This document shows positions 47,995-50,735 of a stretch of DNA of 50,735 nucleotides, in pieces. The number at the start of each line of letters is the position of its first letter. Position 1 is the stretch's first letter. Source of the DNA: Chloroflexota bacterium (GTDB lineage: Bacteria > Chloroflexota > Dormibacteria > CF-121); assembly GCA_005882525.1 (NCBI GenBank), contig VBGO01000075.1:1-50735 (forward strand), in the 5' to 3' direction. The notes below the pieces were generated by a model. It was given only the letters and a program-made list of their open reading frames with translations, made no database searches and had not been told where the DNA came from. The translations under genes were made by a program, and so were the position numbers.

Positions 47995-49521
47995 CTATTG
48001 CCAGCGAGGCCGGACGAGCGGCCGCAACGTGAGGGCCGCCAGCGCCGCCCCCGCGAAGAGCGCGATGGCGGTGGCCCGAAAGATGAGGTGGTACTGATCG
48101 AAGATTGCCTGTTTGACTTTCAGGAGCCAGAGCGCGTACTGGGTCGCGAAATCCGGATTCAGGCTCGGCAACGGCACTTGCAAGTGCGCCGTGGCCCGAT
48201 GAAATTCCCAGAGACCAAAGCCCGCCACCAGCGAGAAGCCCACCAGCATACCTACCAATCGCATGATGATCAGGAACGACGCGCCGGCGCCGCGCTCCTC
48301 CTCTCCAACCGCATCCAGCAGGGCGGCGCTGACCGGCGCGATTTCAAGGCCGAGTCCCAGGCCGGTGAGAAACAGCTCGCCGTCCGCGACCGTGAACGGC
48401 AATCCCAGCAGGTGCGGCGTGAGCGAGCCTTCGTTCCACCCGGACAACATCAGAAATCCGATCCCCGCCAGGACGAGGCCGAGCGCGGCGACGACGCGAT
48501 AACTCCGCAAGCGCTGCGCCAACCAGCCGCCCAGCAGGGCTCCGATGGGAATGCCGAGCATGAGCCGAAAGAGCAGGAGGGCTGCGCTGCTGGCATTCAT
48601 CGAGAAGGCCGCGTTGGCGAGCACCGGGATGTAGACGAGAGCCACCATCAGGCCCGCGCCGGCGATGGCGTTGGTCAGCGCCGATCCGCTGAAGGACGAA
48701 TCGCGAAAGCGACGCACGTTGATCAGCGGGTGCGACGTTCGGCGCTCGTGCCAGACAAACAACACGAAGCAGACGAGGGCCAGGGGCGCCTGCCAGACGA
48801 AGCCGTCACCGACCGGGCTTCGCTCGGGGCTGGCGGCATAGAGCGCGAGCGTCAAGAGCGCCAGTCCGGCCGTCGCCAGCAGCGCGCCCAGCCAGTCGAG
48901 ACTGGCGGCGCGCCGCACCTCGCCGCCGCCCCGGATCTCCGGCCAGAGCGCCCAGAAGAGGAGGGCAGCAACCGGGATGTTGAGCCAGAAAATCCAGGTC
49001 CAGCCCAACGATGACGCGGTGATCACGCCCCCCCAGAGCGGGCCAAGCACGCTGCCGACCTCCTGCAGCGCGCTCACCGCACCCAGAGCGCGACTGCGGT
49101 CGCCCGCCGGATAGAGGTCGGCGGCCAGCGCCAGGACGGCCGGTACCAGGGCGCCACCCCCAGCCCCCTGCAGCACCCGGCCGGTTACGAGCTGCGACAG
49201 CGATGGCGCGGAGGCGGTCAGGAAGGAGCCGAACGCGAACAGCACGAGGCTGGCGGCAAACAGCCGCAACCGGCCGAAGCGGTCGCTCAAGCCACCGGCA
49301 ATCGGCATCACCGCGAGGTAGCCGAGCAAGAAGCCGGTGATGATGGGGGTCGCCTGTTCGGGGCGGTTCGCCGCGATATTGACCGACTTCAGCATCGGCA
49401 GCAACGCCGTCACGACGACGTAGGCGTCGAGGGAGGCGAGGAAGAGCCCCGCCCCGGTCAGCGTGAGCAGGGCCGGGCGGTTAACCGAGCGGAGGCGGCG
49501 TGACCGAAACGGGGTGATCAT
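47995..49521 (-). CDS. MFS transporter (drug:H+ antiporter-like, about 14 TM)
   Basis: Motif A GGLSDRFGRLRL. 508 aa with about 14 hydrophobic segments. Confidence 0.88.
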   Translation of the reverse strand: MITPFRSRRLRSVNRPALLTLTGAGLFLASLDAYVVVTALLPMLKSVNIAANRPEQATPIITGFLLGYLAVMPIAGGLSDRFGRLRLFAASLVLFAFGSFLTASAPSLSQLVTGRVLQGAGGGALVPAVLALAADLYPAGDRSRALGAVSALQEVGSVLGPLWGGVITASSLGWTWIFWLNIPVAALLFWALWPEIRGGGEVRRAASLDWLGALLATAGLALLTLALYAASPERSPVGDGFVWQAPLALVCFVLFVWHERRTSHPLINVRRFRDSSFSGSALTNAIAGAGLMVALVYIPVLANAAFSMNASSAALLLFRLMLGIPIGALLGGWLAQRLRSYRVVAALGLVLAGIGFLMLSGWNEGSLTPHLLGLPFTVADGELFLTGLGLGLEIAPVSAALLDAVGEEERGAGASFLIIMRLVGMLVGFSLVAGFGLWEFHRATAHLQVPLPSLNPDFATQYALWLLKVKQAIFDQYHLIFRATAIALFAGAALAALTLRPLVRPRWQ

Positions 49522-50182
49522 GGTTGCTGAAGTCGAACGTGATGGTGGCGGGGTTCGACGGATCGAAGAGATTGCCGGTCAGGCGGGCTCGCCACAGGTT
49601 ACTGCCCGAACTCTCGATCCAGTAGGTGGCCCGATAGGTGCCCTGGTCACGGATCAGCGTGAGCAACTGGTGCATCCGCGCCGCGGAGACCTGGCCAGTC
49701 ACCGGGTAGGTGTCATGGCCGCTGACCTTGTCGCTATTGCCGCGGGTCGGGGAGGCCGTGTCGCGCATCGCCGCAAAGAGGCCCGTCTGCGGATCGAATA
49801 ACGTCCGGGCATCGAAAAACTGGCTGACCTGGTCGGCGGTGAGCTCCTGCCAGCCGCCGGTGAACGACTTGAGATAGATCTTGCCGGCCGCGAAGACGAC
49901 CTCGACTTCGAGCAGGATGGCACCCTCTTTGAGATTCACCCGGGCGTGCAAGTCGGGCGGGTGCGCGTCGCCCTGCGCGCTCTGGACAGGCTCACCGATG
50001 CCGGTGAAACCGCTGATCTGCATCTGGAAGTGGAATCCCTTCAGGTGGAGCATGCGCTGGCTCGATTGGGTGAGTAAGCTCGCGGCATCCGGCGGCGCCG
50101 GCCCACAGGCCGTCAACGCGACGACGAGCGCCAGGCCCGAAAGCACGACACGCGGCGGCGTAGCACCGGCGGCCCGCATCAA
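49481..50182 (-). CDS. LppX/LprAFG-family lipoprotein (LprG-like lipid-binding fold)
   Basis: Lipobox LTAC at Cys26. The pattern ...LHLKGFHF...GDAHPPDLHARV...GKIYLKS..GGWQ...TYPVTGQV...TYWIESSGSNLWRARL matches the DUF1396/LprG layout as I recall it. Confidence 0.75.
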   Translation of the reverse strand: MMRAAGATPPRVVLSGLALVVALTACGPAPPDAASLLTQSSQRMLHLKGFHFQMQISGFTGIGEPVQSAQGDAHPPDLHARVNLKEGAILLEVEVVFAAGKIYLKSFTGGWQELTADQVSQFFDARTLFDPQTGLFAAMRDTASPTRGNSDKVSGHDTYPVTGQVSAARMHQLLTLIRDQGTYRATYWIESSGSNLWRARLTGNLFDPSNPATITFDFSNHDHPVSVTPPPLG

Positions 50183-50735
50183 CCCCTCAGGATACGGTCA
50201 TCTCCGACCCGACGCGTGATCTTCTGCGCGTCCAGCCATTCGAGCAAGGGAAGAACGTAACGGCGGCTCGAGCCGAGCACGTCTCGGGCGGCGGCGACCG
50301 TCAACGTCCGGTGCTCGCCAAGATGGGCGCGAAGCCGGCGGACGGCGTCGTCGTAGGCGGAGCGGGCGAAGGCGGTCTCATCGTTGAGGCGCACGACCCG
50401 CCCATCCGCCACCAGGTACTGAAGCAGGTCGGGGGTCAGCTGATAACGCCGGACCAGGTCGACCAGCGGCGGCGGGTTGAAGGGTTGCCCTTCGAGCTCG
50501 GCGAGAAAGGCACCGATGGCGGCCTCCTGCTCCGAGCTCAGGGCCGGGCGGTGGGCGATGCCGGCGAGCTCGCCACCTCGCTCGACAACCATCCCCTCGG
50601 CGGCGAGCACCGCGACCAGGTCCGCGAACAGCTCGGCCGGCATGCCGGTGCGGCTGCGGAGCTGCTCCTTCGGCATCCCGCGCCGGAGCGGCTGCGCCTG
50701 GTGGTACGCGTCCAGCCCGCTCGTCACGCGCGCTG
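50179..50735 (-). CDS. selB: Selenocysteine-specific elongation factor SelB, C-terminal winged-helix domains only (5' part off-window)
   Basis: ...TLTVAAARDVLGSSRRYVLPLLEWLDAQKITRRVGDDRIL is the conserved SelB C-terminal mRNA (SECIS)-binding wing. The frame is open to the window end. Confidence 0.85.
   Translation of the reverse strand, partial: ARVTSGLDAYHQAQPLRRGMPKEQLRSRTGMPAELFADLVAVLAAEGMVVERGGELAGIAHRPALSSEQEAAIGAFLAELEGQPFNPPPLVDLVRRYQLTPDLLQYLVADGRVVRLNDETAFARSAYDDAVRRLRAHLGEHRTLTVAAARDVLGSSRRYVLPLLEWLDAQKITRRVGDDRILRG

Overview
High-GC (about two thirds G+C by eye) chromosomal window. It is densely packed with about 49 protein-coding genes in a few long co-directional runs. Many neighbouring genes share 4-nt start/stop overlaps (ATGA, GTGA, TTGA). 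I found no rRNA, tRNA, CRISPR array, transposase or prophage genes.

Most of the content is housekeeping: pdxS/pdxT, tmk, adk, lon, purA, rplI, dnaB, cca, ilvE and a selB 3' end. This points to a Terrabacteria-type organism (Chloroflexota/Actinomycetota-like), but the phylum cannot be fixed from sequence alone.

The one clear mobile element is a 417-aa LAGLIDADG-type intein that splits the Walker A P-loop of DnaB.

The most unusual region is 26.9-29.5 kb, which has slightly lower GC. It holds:
- a SHOCT-domain protein with an internally duplicated N-terminal module;
- a divergently transcribed ECF sigma factor carrying a complete ZAS anti-sigma zinc motif (C-x25-H-x3-C-x2-C) fused in cis, with no separate anti-sigma gene;
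- a VOC/glyoxalase-fold gene sitting where the anti-sigma gene normally is;
- a convergent 112-aa protein that is about 19% histidine, arranged as HxH repeats.

Other points worth a second look:
- a 12-gene co-directional run linking two family-5 solute-binding lipoproteins and an Opp/Dpp-type ABC importer to TldD, TldE(PmbA) and a C26 gamma-glutamyl hydrolase;
- an LprG-like lipoprotein plus MFS pair that mirrors the mycobacterial lprG-Rv1410c operon;
- a MoxR / DUF58 / transglutaminase triad;
- the c-di-AMP receptor DarA next to uncharacterised membrane proteins;
- an orphan RnfD/NqrB-like membrane protein.

No recognisable phage-defence system was seen. All family assignments come from motifs read by eye and need HMM or BLAST confirmation.
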